Shown here piece after piece: positions 29,001 through 37,391 of a stretch of DNA of 64,000 bases. Position numbers and translations under genes: made by a program. The DNA comes from Candidatus Elulimicrobium sp. (lineage in GTDB: Bacteria; Patescibacteriota; Minisyncoccia; Phycocordibacterales; UBA918), in the NCBI GenBank assembly GCA_020720815.1, contig DYNY01000003.1, positions 1,002 through 65,001 of the forward strand, read 5' to 3'. Every line of letters begins with the position of its first letter. The stretch's first letter is position 1. The notes under the pieces are model-generated. The model searched no databases, was not told where the DNA came from, and saw nothing but the letters and a program-made list of their open reading frames with translations.

Positions 29001-29666
29001 GAAGAAGATAAAAAAGTGGCACTGAGTACGCTTCGGTTTGTGCTTCGAGAATTGGCTAAAATAATGGCACCAGCTATGCCGTTTTATGCAGAGTACCTGT
29101 ATCTCGCGGTACGTGAAGAAGTTGAAGCAGAAAGTGTCCATCTTACAGCCTGGCCAGAGGGGGGAGAAGTACATGAATCATTAATAGTCGATATGGTCGA
29201 AGTCCGCCGACTGACCACTGTGGCTCTGGAAGCTAGGACCAAAGCAAAAATTAATGTCAAACAACCACTCGCTCTACTTAAGGTAAAAATATCTGAGCCA
29301 GCAGTTAAGCTTTTGTTTGGACTTCTGGCTTCAGAATTAAACGTAAAAACTGTAGTGGAGGATCCTTTCCTGGAAGGTGAGGGTGTGTGGCTTGATACTA
29401 ATATTACCCCTGAATTAAAAATTGAAGGTGATGCCCGGGAGTTTATTCGTGGTGTTCAGGAGCGTCGCAAAGCCGAAGGCTTTGCGACGCAAGACCGTAT
29501 CGAACTTATTGTTTTTACCGAAAGCGGTGGAGAAGCAGTATTAAATAGTTTCAAAGAAATGATTACCAAAACTGTTGGTGCTAATGAAATTATTTTTGAT
29601 GCTAACTCAGGGACAGAAATCAAAGCTGGAGATTATTTCTTTAGAATTTTGTTGAAAAAAATCTAA
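26094..29666 (+). CDS. ileS: Isoleucine--tRNA ligase (type 2-like) with inserted histidine-phosphatase domain
   Basis: DGPPFATGLPHYGH, GWDCHGLP, WTTTPWTLPGN, KMSKS; internal TRHGES...SPLLR...E...VVSHNG. Confidence 0.95.
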   Translation: MSKLHGRENDSVKVEEVFNKSEVALREEAIQAFWVEHDIFNKSLEKPAGVEPKGDFVFYDGPPFATGLPHYGHILAGTIKDAIPRFWTMQGFHVRRQWGWDCHGLPLENLIEKKLGLSNKRDIEAYGVKNFNEQAREAVLEYRDDWKKVVPRMGRWADMENDYKTMDSTYTESVWWVFKQLHEKGLVYEGFKSMHLCPRCGTTLSNFEVNQGYKDIKDIAVFVELPFTEPLLEVGEPVTSLIVWTTTPWTLPGNMAAAVHKDFDYVVVEKKDEGRGALVRFVVAKARAVSVFGNDEYIIVKELKGSDLVGRSYEPPFSYLQNQDFKGKDKVWKIYHADYVELGVEGTGAVHLAPAYGEEDMVLAKAEGVPIVHHVDYEGRFMPFVTDFAGELVKPKDDDASGIDHKDADIKILKALQASGKIFKKENITHSYPHCWRDDTPLLNYATTSWFVKVTDIKDDLVEANNKVHWVPEHVGSNRFGRWLEGARDWAVSRQRYWGAPIPIWRNPKTGTYKVFGSKGELLDHVPKSGNTIFLTRHGESVFNTQNRLNGKIGVENDLTELGQKQSAESARKLKTAGIDYIYYSPLLRTEKTAKIMAEVLGVPEQNVLADERLLEMQFGQFEDKTVEEYHAFFGTGSGRLTKRPDGGESWTDVKKRMGVFLFELEQKHQGKKILVVSHNGPLQMVQAAARGDDFVTTAKHIDNNGYDLTNAELRQLNFISYPHNDNFELDYHRPYIDEVTVLDIDAVKLERVPDVFDCWFESGAMPYGQHHYPFSCPVDKFAKEYFPAQFIAEGLDQTRGWFYSLIVLGTALFGKSPYENVIVNGLVLAEDGKKMSKSLRNYPDPMELADRVGVDAMRYYLLSAPIMRSEDLAFSEKEVLELQRKNIGRLHNVLAMYEMFADGTKATADSTQVLDRWIIARLNQLIAESTQWYKAYELDKATRPLADFIDDLSVWYLRRSRDRFKGAEEEDKKVALSTLRFVLRELAKIMAPAMPFYAEYLYLAVREEVEAESVHLTAWPEGGEVHESLIVDMVEVRRLTTVALEARTKAKINVKQPLALLKVKISEPAVKLLFGLLASELNVKTVVEDPFLEGEGVWLDTNITPELKIEGDAREFIRGVQERRKAEGFATQDRIELIVFTESGGEAVLNSFKEMITKTVGANEIIFDANSGTEIKAGDYFFRILLKKI

Positions 29667-30245
29667 ATGTCTTACACGACATATATCACGCAGGCGTTGG
29701 TATGCGGTACCTTTAACCGCAATACCACTGATCGTACTTATCTACTTTTTACTAGAGAAGCCGGGATGTTGTTTGCTGAGGCGCGTAGTGTACGAGAGGA
29801 GAGAAGTCGCCAGCGTTATGCCCTGCAAGATTTTTCGCGTATCCGTGTCTCCCTGGTAAAGGGTAAGCAAAGTTGGAAAATTGGTAGTGTGGAAGCAGTA
29901 GCTAGTGATTTTTCTGTTGCTACTTCACGCGAGGCACGTGGTGGTGTAGTTTCTTTTTATCGTTTACTACGGCGTTTCATTCGAGGTGAAGAGGCCTCAC
30001 CTGAATTATTTGATTTTTGTCAGCAAGCACTAAATATTTTGATTTTACCCTCTACCCATAGAACTTTTATGGAAATGTGTATCAAGGTCAGATTGCTGTC
30101 TGCTTTGGGTTACGTCGATAATGAAGCGGTGCCAAAAATAATCAGGGATTGCCCGCTTGAGGAAGTAATAACACACCAAACGGATAATTTACTAGCCCAG
30201 ATGCAGTTACTGTATGATCAAGCTATTGACCATAGTCAACTCTGA
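29667..30245 (+). CDS. recO: DNA repair protein RecO (short form)
   Basis: DR.YLLFTREAGML.AEARSVR OB-fold; LLSALGY. Confidence 0.8.
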   Translation: MSYTTYITQALVCGTFNRNTTDRTYLLFTREAGMLFAEARSVREERSRQRYALQDFSRIRVSLVKGKQSWKIGSVEAVASDFSVATSREARGGVVSFYRLLRRFIRGEEASPELFDFCQQALNILILPSTHRTFMEMCIKVRLLSALGYVDNEAVPKIIRDCPLEEVITHQTDNLLAQMQLLYDQAIDHSQL

Positions 30246-30280
30246 CTAAACTATTTTGGTGTTATAATAAACCGTATTAT

Positions 30281-32233
30281 ATGGCAGGTATTAAAGATCA
30301 GGAGAATATTGATGAGTTACGTAGGCGTCTTTATGAACGCGGTGATACTTTGGAATCATCGACCAGGCATCAGCTGACACCGTGTCCGGTGGTTAATGTT
30401 TCTCGAGGCTGGGATACACCCTGGTCAACTCCAGCTCAGTCTTTAAGCACAGTAGACACCATTTCACAAGATAACGAAATAGCTAATGAAGTAGTAGAAG
30501 TAGTAAAGACACCTACTAAAAGACGATATCGTAAGTTTGTCTTAATTGTCAGTTTGATTTTCTTCTTCATTACAGCCACATTGTCATCCCTGTATCTATT
30601 CTTTGGGGCTAATCAAATATCTGCTACTAATGTTAGTATTTCGCTTAGTACCGAATTTTCTATTGCGGCTGGAGAAACCTTGCCCATGCAGGTAAGTATT
30701 ACCAATCAAAATTCAGTTGCCATAGAATCAGCTACTTTGATTATTAACTATCCACCAGGCACTAGAGCTAATGAAGAAAACGGAAAAGATTTATATGAAG
30801 AGAGAATTACGCTAGAGACAATTACACCAGGACAAGCTAAAAATATCCCTCTTCGAGTGGTGTTGTATGGTGAGGAAAATGATAGTAAGGAAATTAAGGC
30901 TTCAGTTGAGTATCGTATCGCTGGTTCAAATGGTACCTTCTTTAAGGAAGCGGTACCACAGTCAGTTATCATCAGTTCCTCACCACTGGTGTTACGGGTA
31001 ACTGGAATCGACAAGATATCTTCCGGTCAGGAGTTAGAAGTACGCTTGCAGTTAAAATCAAACTCTTCGCTCGTTCAGCGTAATATTTTAATCAGTGCTT
31101 CATACCCCAATAGTTTTTCTTTTGTTAAGTCCGAACCGGAAGCTGTTTACGGTGATAATAGCTGGTTGGTTAAAGAGTTAAAACCAGAAGAGACGTTCGA
31201 CATCACTTTGCATGGAAAAATTGCAGGACTCTCGAGTGAAATTTCCGAAATACAGCTTAAGGCCGGTAATCCACAATTAGAAAATCAATTTATGATGGGA
31301 GCGGTTTTGGCACAATCAAAATTTAACTATACGATAGAAAACCCTTTCACTAATGTAGTATTTAGTATTAATGGTGACTCTGATGGAGAGGCTGTACTGG
31401 ACCCTAACACAGAGGCCGTAGTGACGGTTAAGGTAACCAATACTTTAACTGAACCAATTTATGATATGCGAGTGGAATTGAAGCCTCGGGGTAATTTAAT
31501 TCGAGAAGGACTGTTGGTGGTGGAACGTGGACTGTATGATTCTGATAGTAAGAATATAAAATTTGATGTTTCAGGAGATGTAACCTTAGCAGAAGTTAAA
31601 CCAAACGAGACCAGGGAATTTTCTTTTAAGGTAAAACCAGACCCTAAACAAACTACTGCTTCGTTTAATGTTTCGGCCGATATCTATGCGAGACGAATAG
31701 ATGAAACCCAGGTTGCAGAAAGTTTAGTTGGTAATGCCCTGACTGAAGTTAAGTACTCTTCGGTTGCTACCCTAGGTAGCCAACTAGGGTATAGCGATGG
31801 TCCGTTTACAGATTCTGGCCCAGTACCACCGGTGGTTGAGACTGCTACCACCTACACAGTTACGCTGGCCGCTTCTTCTGGTGTAAATGATATGGTAAGT
31901 GCGGTGGTAACAACTAGTCTACCCCAGTATATGACTTGGTTAGAAAAGACTGAAGGAGACGGGCAAATCGAATATAATCCAGTCTCTAAACAAATTCGTT
32001 GGAGTGTTGGTGAAGTATTGGCTGGGCAAAATAAAACTATTAAGTTCCAAGTGTCCCTCTTGCCAACCACGACTCAAGTTGGTAGAACTGCACTAGTGAC
32101 TGGTCCACAAGAGTTGCGTGCTAGTGATAGCTTTACTGGGGTTTCTTTAAGGGCTAGTAACCCTGCCTTATCGAATGAACTTTCTACTGAGTTAGGGTTT
32201 GTGAAAAAAAACGGTGAGATTCAATCACGCTAA
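30281..32233 (+). CDS. Membrane-anchored protein with repeated beta-rich (Ig/DUF11-like) extracellular domains
   Basis: Single TM near aa 86-108; repeated beta-strand modules with W..L.PG/W.VG..AG motifs. Confidence 0.7.
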   Translation: MAGIKDQENIDELRRRLYERGDTLESSTRHQLTPCPVVNVSRGWDTPWSTPAQSLSTVDTISQDNEIANEVVEVVKTPTKRRYRKFVLIVSLIFFFITATLSSLYLFFGANQISATNVSISLSTEFSIAAGETLPMQVSITNQNSVAIESATLIINYPPGTRANEENGKDLYEERITLETITPGQAKNIPLRVVLYGEENDSKEIKASVEYRIAGSNGTFFKEAVPQSVIISSSPLVLRVTGIDKISSGQELEVRLQLKSNSSLVQRNILISASYPNSFSFVKSEPEAVYGDNSWLVKELKPEETFDITLHGKIAGLSSEISEIQLKAGNPQLENQFMMGAVLAQSKFNYTIENPFTNVVFSINGDSDGEAVLDPNTEAVVTVKVTNTLTEPIYDMRVELKPRGNLIREGLLVVERGLYDSDSKNIKFDVSGDVTLAEVKPNETREFSFKVKPDPKQTTASFNVSADIYARRIDETQVAESLVGNALTEVKYSSVATLGSQLGYSDGPFTDSGPVPPVVETATTYTVTLAASSGVNDMVSAVVTTSLPQYMTWLEKTEGDGQIEYNPVSKQIRWSVGEVLAGQNKTIKFQVSLLPTTTQVGRTALVTGPQELRASDSFTGVSLRASNPALSNELSTELGFVKKNGEIQSR

Positions 32234-32269
32234 GGGTATGGGTACTATTAAGTAAAGAAAGAAATTTAT

Positions 32270-33664
32270 ATGGATAATGACAAAATGGAAAAAGTAGTAT
32301 CACTCTGCAAAAGACGCGGTTTTGTATTTCAGGGTAGTGAGATATATGGCGGTTTGGCCGGAGTATTTGACTTTGGACCTAATGGAGTAGAACTCTTAAA
32401 TAATTTAAAGCGAGCTTGGTGGAAATCCAATGTTTACGATAAAGAAAGTCATTACGGTATAGATTCCGGTATGTTTAAACACCCAAAGGTTTGGGATGCT
32501 AGCGGCCATACATCGGGCTTCTCTGATCCATTAGCTGAGTGTCGTGAGTGTAATACACGTATTCGAGTGGATAAGGAACTGGGTAAGGTTGGTGTGGTGG
32601 CGGATGAAAAAATGTCAGAAGAAGACATCAATAAGCTTTTTGATGAAAACCGAGATAAGATTGTCTGCCCAAAGTGTGGGCAGAAGAACTTTACCCCTGC
32701 TAGAGCTTTTAACCTCTTAGTAAAATCAAACCTAGGTGACTTTACTGGAGATGGTAGTGACCCAGTTTATTTACCTGGAGAAGCCTGTCAGGGTATTTAC
32801 CTCGACTACAAGAACATTCTTGATTCTATGTCGCCGAAGTTACCGTTTGGTATTGTGCAGATAGGTAAAGCCTTCCGCAATGAAATCTCTCCCCGAAACT
32901 TTCTCTTTCGTACTCGGGAACTGGAGCAAGCTGACACACAACTATTTGTTAAACCAAATCAGAATAAAGAGGCTTACGAACAGCTGAAACAAGATCGAAT
33001 GAATTGGTATATCTCAATTGGAATCAAACCAGAAAATTTACGCTTTAAACAGCACGATAACTTAGTTTTTTATGCTTCTGATGCTTGGGATATTGAATAT
33101 AATTTTCCTAGTCTTGGTTTTGATGAGCTAGAAGGAATACATGATAGAACGGATTACGATCTTACTCAGCATATGAAGTACTCAGGAGTTGATCTTCGCT
33201 ACACCGACTCTGAAACAGGAGAAAAATATGTTCCCTGGATTTTGGAAACTTCAGTTGGTATGGGAAGAATGTTTTTGGCTGTCATCGCTGATGCTTATTA
33301 CGAAGAGGAGATGGGGGACGGTATTCGTACTGTGCTCAAACTACATCCGAGTTTAGCCCCCTACCGAGCGGCTGTTTCGCCTCTTTTAAAGAATAAACCA
33401 GAGTTAGTAGCTAAAGCTCGCGGGGTGTTTTCACTCTTGAAAAAAGAGTTTGGTAATATTGCCTGGGACGATAATGGCAATATTGGCAAGCGCTATCGTC
33501 GCCAAGATGAAATCGGTACTCCGGCTTGCATCGTCATCGATTTTGAAACTCTCGGCGAGGAGAAGTCAGAACTAAAAGATACTGTAACAGTACGAAATCG
33601 TGATACTGGCGCTCAAGAGCGAGTAGCAATCGGGGATTTGGTGGGCTATTTAGCTAACAAGTAA
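32270..33664 (+). CDS. glyQS: Glycine--tRNA ligase, alpha2 type
   Basis: LCKRRGFVFQGSEIYGG, QIGKAFRNEISPRNF, IGKRYRRQDEIGTP. Confidence 0.95.
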   Translation: MDNDKMEKVVSLCKRRGFVFQGSEIYGGLAGVFDFGPNGVELLNNLKRAWWKSNVYDKESHYGIDSGMFKHPKVWDASGHTSGFSDPLAECRECNTRIRVDKELGKVGVVADEKMSEEDINKLFDENRDKIVCPKCGQKNFTPARAFNLLVKSNLGDFTGDGSDPVYLPGEACQGIYLDYKNILDSMSPKLPFGIVQIGKAFRNEISPRNFLFRTRELEQADTQLFVKPNQNKEAYEQLKQDRMNWYISIGIKPENLRFKQHDNLVFYASDAWDIEYNFPSLGFDELEGIHDRTDYDLTQHMKYSGVDLRYTDSETGEKYVPWILETSVGMGRMFLAVIADAYYEEEMGDGIRTVLKLHPSLAPYRAAVSPLLKNKPELVAKARGVFSLLKKEFGNIAWDDNGNIGKRYRRQDEIGTPACIVIDFETLGEEKSELKDTVTVRNRDTGAQERVAIGDLVGYLANK

Positions 33665-33668
33665 TTAT

Positions 33669-33706
33669 AAAAAAGCCAGGCACCCGAAGGGTGCCTGGCT
33701 TTTTTT
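33669..33706. terminator. Intrinsic terminator
   Basis: aaaaagccaggcacc-cgaag-ggtgcctggctttttt. Confidence 0.8.
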
Positions 33707-33736
33707 ATTTCTACGCTGTGCTACAGTAATTTAATT

Positions 33737-35179
33737 ATGTTAGATAAAAAAGCTCGTTATATTACTACCACCCTACCTTATGTAAACTCCGACCCGCATA
33801 TTGGCTTTGCCTTTGAAATCGTCACAGCTGATGCGCTGGCGCGCTACTGGCGGCTAATGGATTATGAAGTGTTTTTCAATACTGGCACTGATGAACATGG
33901 ACAAAAGATTGCTCAAATGGCAGATAAGGCGGGGCAAGACCGTCAAGCCTATGTTGATCACTATGCTAATGAATTTAAAAAGCTCGGTGAGTCTCTCAAT
34001 CTTTCTTTTGATAATTTCATTCGCACTACGGATGAAAATCATAAGACGGCCGCACAGGAAATCTGGCAACGCTGTGAGGCCAAAGACGATATCTACAAAA
34101 AGAAATACAGTGGTCTATATTGTGTGGGGTGTGAGTCGTTTTATAAAGAGTCTGAACTAGGTACCAATAAGTGTTGTCTGATTCACGGCAAGCCAGCGGA
34201 AGAGATTGAAGAAGAAAATTATTTTTTTAAGCTCTCGAACTACCAAGCTTACTTAGCAGAGTATTTAAATCGGCCAGGTGTAATAGAACCAGAGTGGCGT
34301 CGTCAGGAGGCGATTAATTTCGTGCAGGGTGGCTTGGAAGATTTTAGTATCTCGCGCGAGAAGGCGAGATTAGACTGGGGTATCCCAGTGCCGGGCGATG
34401 ATAATCAAGTGATGTATGTGTGGTTTGATGCCCTAACCAACTACATATCTACCTTAGGCTGGCCGAAAGAGGGTAGTAATTTTGAGAAGTTCTGGATTAA
34501 TGGGGAAGTCATCCAACTGGCGGGTAAAGACCAGGTGCGTTTTCAATCTATCATGTGGCAGGCCATGCTTAAGAGTGCTGACGTAAAAGCGACCGATAAA
34601 CTGGTCTACCATGGCTTTATAAATAGTGGTGGTCAAAAGATGAGCAAGAGTCTCGGTAATGTCATTTCACCTTATGAGCTGATTGCCAAGTATGGTACCG
34701 ACGCCACTCGCTACTTACTTCTACGGCACGTACATCCGTTTGATGACTCAGACATCACTTGGGAGCGTCTCGATGAGTGGTATACCGCCAATCTAGTAAA
34801 TGGTCTAGGAAATCTCGTAGCGCGGGTGATGAAGATGGCCGAGACTCATCTAAGTGAACCTGTTGCGCACCCTGAGGCGGTCGGTTTTGACTCAGCCTAT
34901 AACAATGCCCTCCTGGACAACTTCAACACGCTACAAGCTTGTGATTATATTTGGCAAAAAATTGGTGCTCTAGATGAACGGATAGCTTTGGAACAACCAT
35001 TTAAGGTGGTCAAAGAAGATAAAGCCAGTGCGCAAATGATGATTAAAGAAATGGTCTTAGAACTATATGCTATTGGTCATCTTTTGCATCCAATCATGCC
35101 AGAAACGAATAAAATAATTAAAGAGGCGGTTTTACAAAACAAAAAACCCGCTAATCTTTTCACCCGCCTAGAAAACTAA
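33737..35179 (+). CDS. metG: Methionine--tRNA ligase (no C-terminal tRNA-binding domain)
   Basis: PYVN..PHIG, GTDEHGQKI, YVWFDAL.NY, KMSKSLGN. Confidence 0.96.
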   Translation: MLDKKARYITTTLPYVNSDPHIGFAFEIVTADALARYWRLMDYEVFFNTGTDEHGQKIAQMADKAGQDRQAYVDHYANEFKKLGESLNLSFDNFIRTTDENHKTAAQEIWQRCEAKDDIYKKKYSGLYCVGCESFYKESELGTNKCCLIHGKPAEEIEEENYFFKLSNYQAYLAEYLNRPGVIEPEWRRQEAINFVQGGLEDFSISREKARLDWGIPVPGDDNQVMYVWFDALTNYISTLGWPKEGSNFEKFWINGEVIQLAGKDQVRFQSIMWQAMLKSADVKATDKLVYHGFINSGGQKMSKSLGNVISPYELIAKYGTDATRYLLLRHVHPFDDSDITWERLDEWYTANLVNGLGNLVARVMKMAETHLSEPVAHPEAVGFDSAYNNALLDNFNTLQACDYIWQKIGALDERIALEQPFKVVKEDKASAQMMIKEMVLELYAIGHLLHPIMPETNKIIKEAVLQNKKPANLFTRLEN

Positions 35180-35180
35180 T

Positions 35181-35447
35181 ATGCAAAGTATCGAAGAAAT
35201 CTTAAAGCGAGATAGCCGAGTTGAGCTAGATAAAGCATGGGAAGTCAGTTTTACTAGACGAGCAGTTATTGCTTTCATTACCTACCTCACGGCTACTAGC
35301 TTTTTGTTTTTAATTGATAATAATTTGCCATTTATAAATTCTTTAATACCAACAGGCGGTTATTTACTGTCCACTCTGTCTTTACCTTTTATTAAAAATT
35401 GGTGGTTAAAAAGACAAGTAAATCAAAGTTTACCCGGTGCCGAATAA
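35181..35447 (+). CDS. Small conserved-looking membrane protein
   Basis: RVELDKAWEVS.TRR plus two TM segments; follows metG immediately. Confidence 0.7.
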   Translation: MQSIEEILKRDSRVELDKAWEVSFTRRAVIAFITYLTATSFLFLIDNNLPFINSLIPTGGYLLSTLSLPFIKNWWLKRQVNQSLPGAE

Positions 35448-35482
35448 AAGTTTTAGCTAGGTTCTACAATACAGACTGCCTT

Positions 35483-35512
35483 CTAAATAGTACGATCGAT
35501 CGTACTATTTAG
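35483..35512. repeat. 30-bp perfect palindrome next to the TrpR-like stop codon
   Basis: ctaaatagtacgatc|gatcgtactatttag. Confidence 0.9.
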
Positions 35513-35513
35513 T

Positions 35514-35927
35514 CTAGTGATTTAATTTTTCCAAGGTGCTTTTCCAACGACCACGACCTCGCGGCGGTAGTCCAGCTTGAAGAATAGTCTCTAGTATATT
35601 CAAAATACGAGCGTGCTCGGTTTTATTTTCGGTGATAAATTTTTGAATATTACCGTATTGTCCTATTTGGTAGTTTAGACGTATACGGTCGGCGGTTGAA
35701 GGACTTATTTTTAGGAGTGTCCAGACTCTATATGAGGAATGACCTTCTATGAAAAGAATGATTGCCGCCAAACGCTTTGAGAGCATCAATTTTTCTTCCT
35801 CACCCAAAAGCTCTTCTAGAAACTTTGGGCTTTGAGTTTTGTCCAAGCGAGCGATTATGTCGCTTAGTTGTTTGAAAAGCTCCGTTTGTTTTTCTTCCGT
35901 CATTAGTTGTTTTGAGAGGTGAGCCAT
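35514..35927 (-). CDS. TrpR-like (YerC/YecD-type) HTH protein
   Basis: FLEELLGEEEKLMLSKRL..I.......S..V...LKISPSTADR; ATG at 35927. Confidence 0.8.
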   Translation of the reverse strand: MAHLSKQLMTEEKQTELFKQLSDIIARLDKTQSPKFLEELLGEEEKLMLSKRLAAIILFIEGHSSYRVWTLLKISPSTADRIRLNYQIGQYGNIQKFITENKTEHARILNILETILQAGLPPRGRGRWKSTLEKLNH

Positions 35928-35963
35928 ACCCAAATAGTACGATCGATCGTACTATTTGGGTAT
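35926..35963. repeat. 38-bp perfect palindrome overlapping the TrpR-like start codon
   Basis: atacccaaatagtacgatc|gatcgtactatttgggtat. Confidence 0.9.
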
Positions 35964-36100
35964 TAGGAGTTGTGGATTGGGTATGTGAGATATGGAACGG
36001 CGGTGAGATTGTGTGCGAATGGATTAGGTATTTTCTGTATAGATTGCAGGAAAGGTGTAAAATTTGGACATCAGACTAGGCGGGCTGGTATAGTATCGTT

Positions 36101-36385
36101 ATGAAACACTTGATAGTTTTGCCTGGTAATAGCCTACAAAATCAGTCCTGGGGGATTCGAATGGCTTCACATTATGGAGAGTATTTTGATTCCATACATA
36201 CAGTCGAATATGATCATTGGAAGACTGGTGAAGCGGATATAAATTTAGCCCTGGAAGAGGAGCGATTGCGGGAGCATGTGGCGACCTTACCCAAAGGGAC
36301 ACAGATTATTGTTTTGGCCAAATCAGCTGGTAGTATTCTGACCTTCTTGGCGGTACAATCCGGGGCGATTAATCCTATCTACTAG
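36101..36385 (+). pseudogene. Truncated alpha/beta-hydrolase-fold protein
   Basis: LPGNS...AKSAGS nucleophile elbow; ORF stops ~15 aa later without the acid/His part. Confidence 0.5.
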
Positions 36386-36429
36386 ACATGTTCAAGAAAG
36401 ATACTATTTAGCCTAAGCATGAATAGACT

Positions 36430-37281
36430 ATGAAATACATTGATACTCATTCCCATTTGAACCTGTCAGCTTTTGCTGACGATTTAGCTGAAGTAGTAAA
36501 TCGCTGTGTAGATAAAGGAATGGCGGTCATTAACGTTGGTACCAAAGAAAGTACAAGCGTTCGAGCTGTTAAGTTGGCGCTTTTACATCAGAGTCTGTAT
36601 GCCATCATTGGGCTACACCCGACCCAAACAGTCCCCAGTCGGCCAGATATGGTCGATGATGGAAAGGGTGGTACACCGCTACCTGAAGCGGGGGAGATTT
36701 TCAATCAGGCTTTTTATCGTCAGTTGGCGGGTAGTAGCGACGGCAAGGTGGTCGGGATTGGTGAATGTGGTTTTGATTATTATCATACAAAGCAGGGTAG
36801 CTATGCCGTACAAGAGGCGGCTTTTATTGCGCAAATTGAGTTAGCCAACGAACTCAATTTACCACTGATGATTCATACCCGTGGCCCGAGGCCAGGAGAG
36901 GAAAGTCCAACTGGACGAAGTGTTTATACTGACGTTTATGAGGTGCTCAAGCAATACGCTAAAGTACCTTTTAATGTTCACTTTTACGCTGGCTCTCTAG
37001 CGGAAGCTCGGCGATTTTTCGAGTTAGGTGGAACAATCTCTTTTACCGGCGTGATAACCTTTGCGAAAGCCTATGAAGAAATCGTTAAAGCTGTCCCACT
37101 AGAATTAATTCACGCTGAAACGGATTGTCCTTACGTGGCGCCTGTGCCGTATCGTGGACAGCGCTGCGAGCCTTGGATGGTAGAGGAAGTGTATAAAAAA
37201 ATCGCCAGTATTCGTGGAGAAGATGAGGAAAGTGTTCGATTAGCTTTACTTGAAAACTCTAGAAGGTTTTATAAGATCTAA
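36430..37281 (+). CDS. tatD: TatD-family DNase
   Basis: IDTHSHL, GLHP, GECGFDY, IHTR, HFY, ETDCPY. Confidence 0.93.
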   Translation: MKYIDTHSHLNLSAFADDLAEVVNRCVDKGMAVINVGTKESTSVRAVKLALLHQSLYAIIGLHPTQTVPSRPDMVDDGKGGTPLPEAGEIFNQAFYRQLAGSSDGKVVGIGECGFDYYHTKQGSYAVQEAAFIAQIELANELNLPLMIHTRGPRPGEESPTGRSVYTDVYEVLKQYAKVPFNVHFYAGSLAEARRFFELGGTISFTGVITFAKAYEEIVKAVPLELIHAETDCPYVAPVPYRGQRCEPWMVEEVYKKIASIRGEDEESVRLALLENSRRFYKI

Positions 37282-37302
37282 ATTAGAGTATGATGGAATG
37301 AC

Positions 37303-37345
37303 AGAAACCAAGAGCCATGCCCTTAGGCATGGCTCTTGGTTTCTG
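37303..37345. terminator. Intrinsic terminator
   Basis: cagaaaccaagagccatgcc-ctta-ggcatggctcttggtttctg. Confidence 0.75.
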
Positions 37346-37391
37346 TGTATAACGCTAAATATTACTTTTTTCCATTCTACAATTAAACTGT

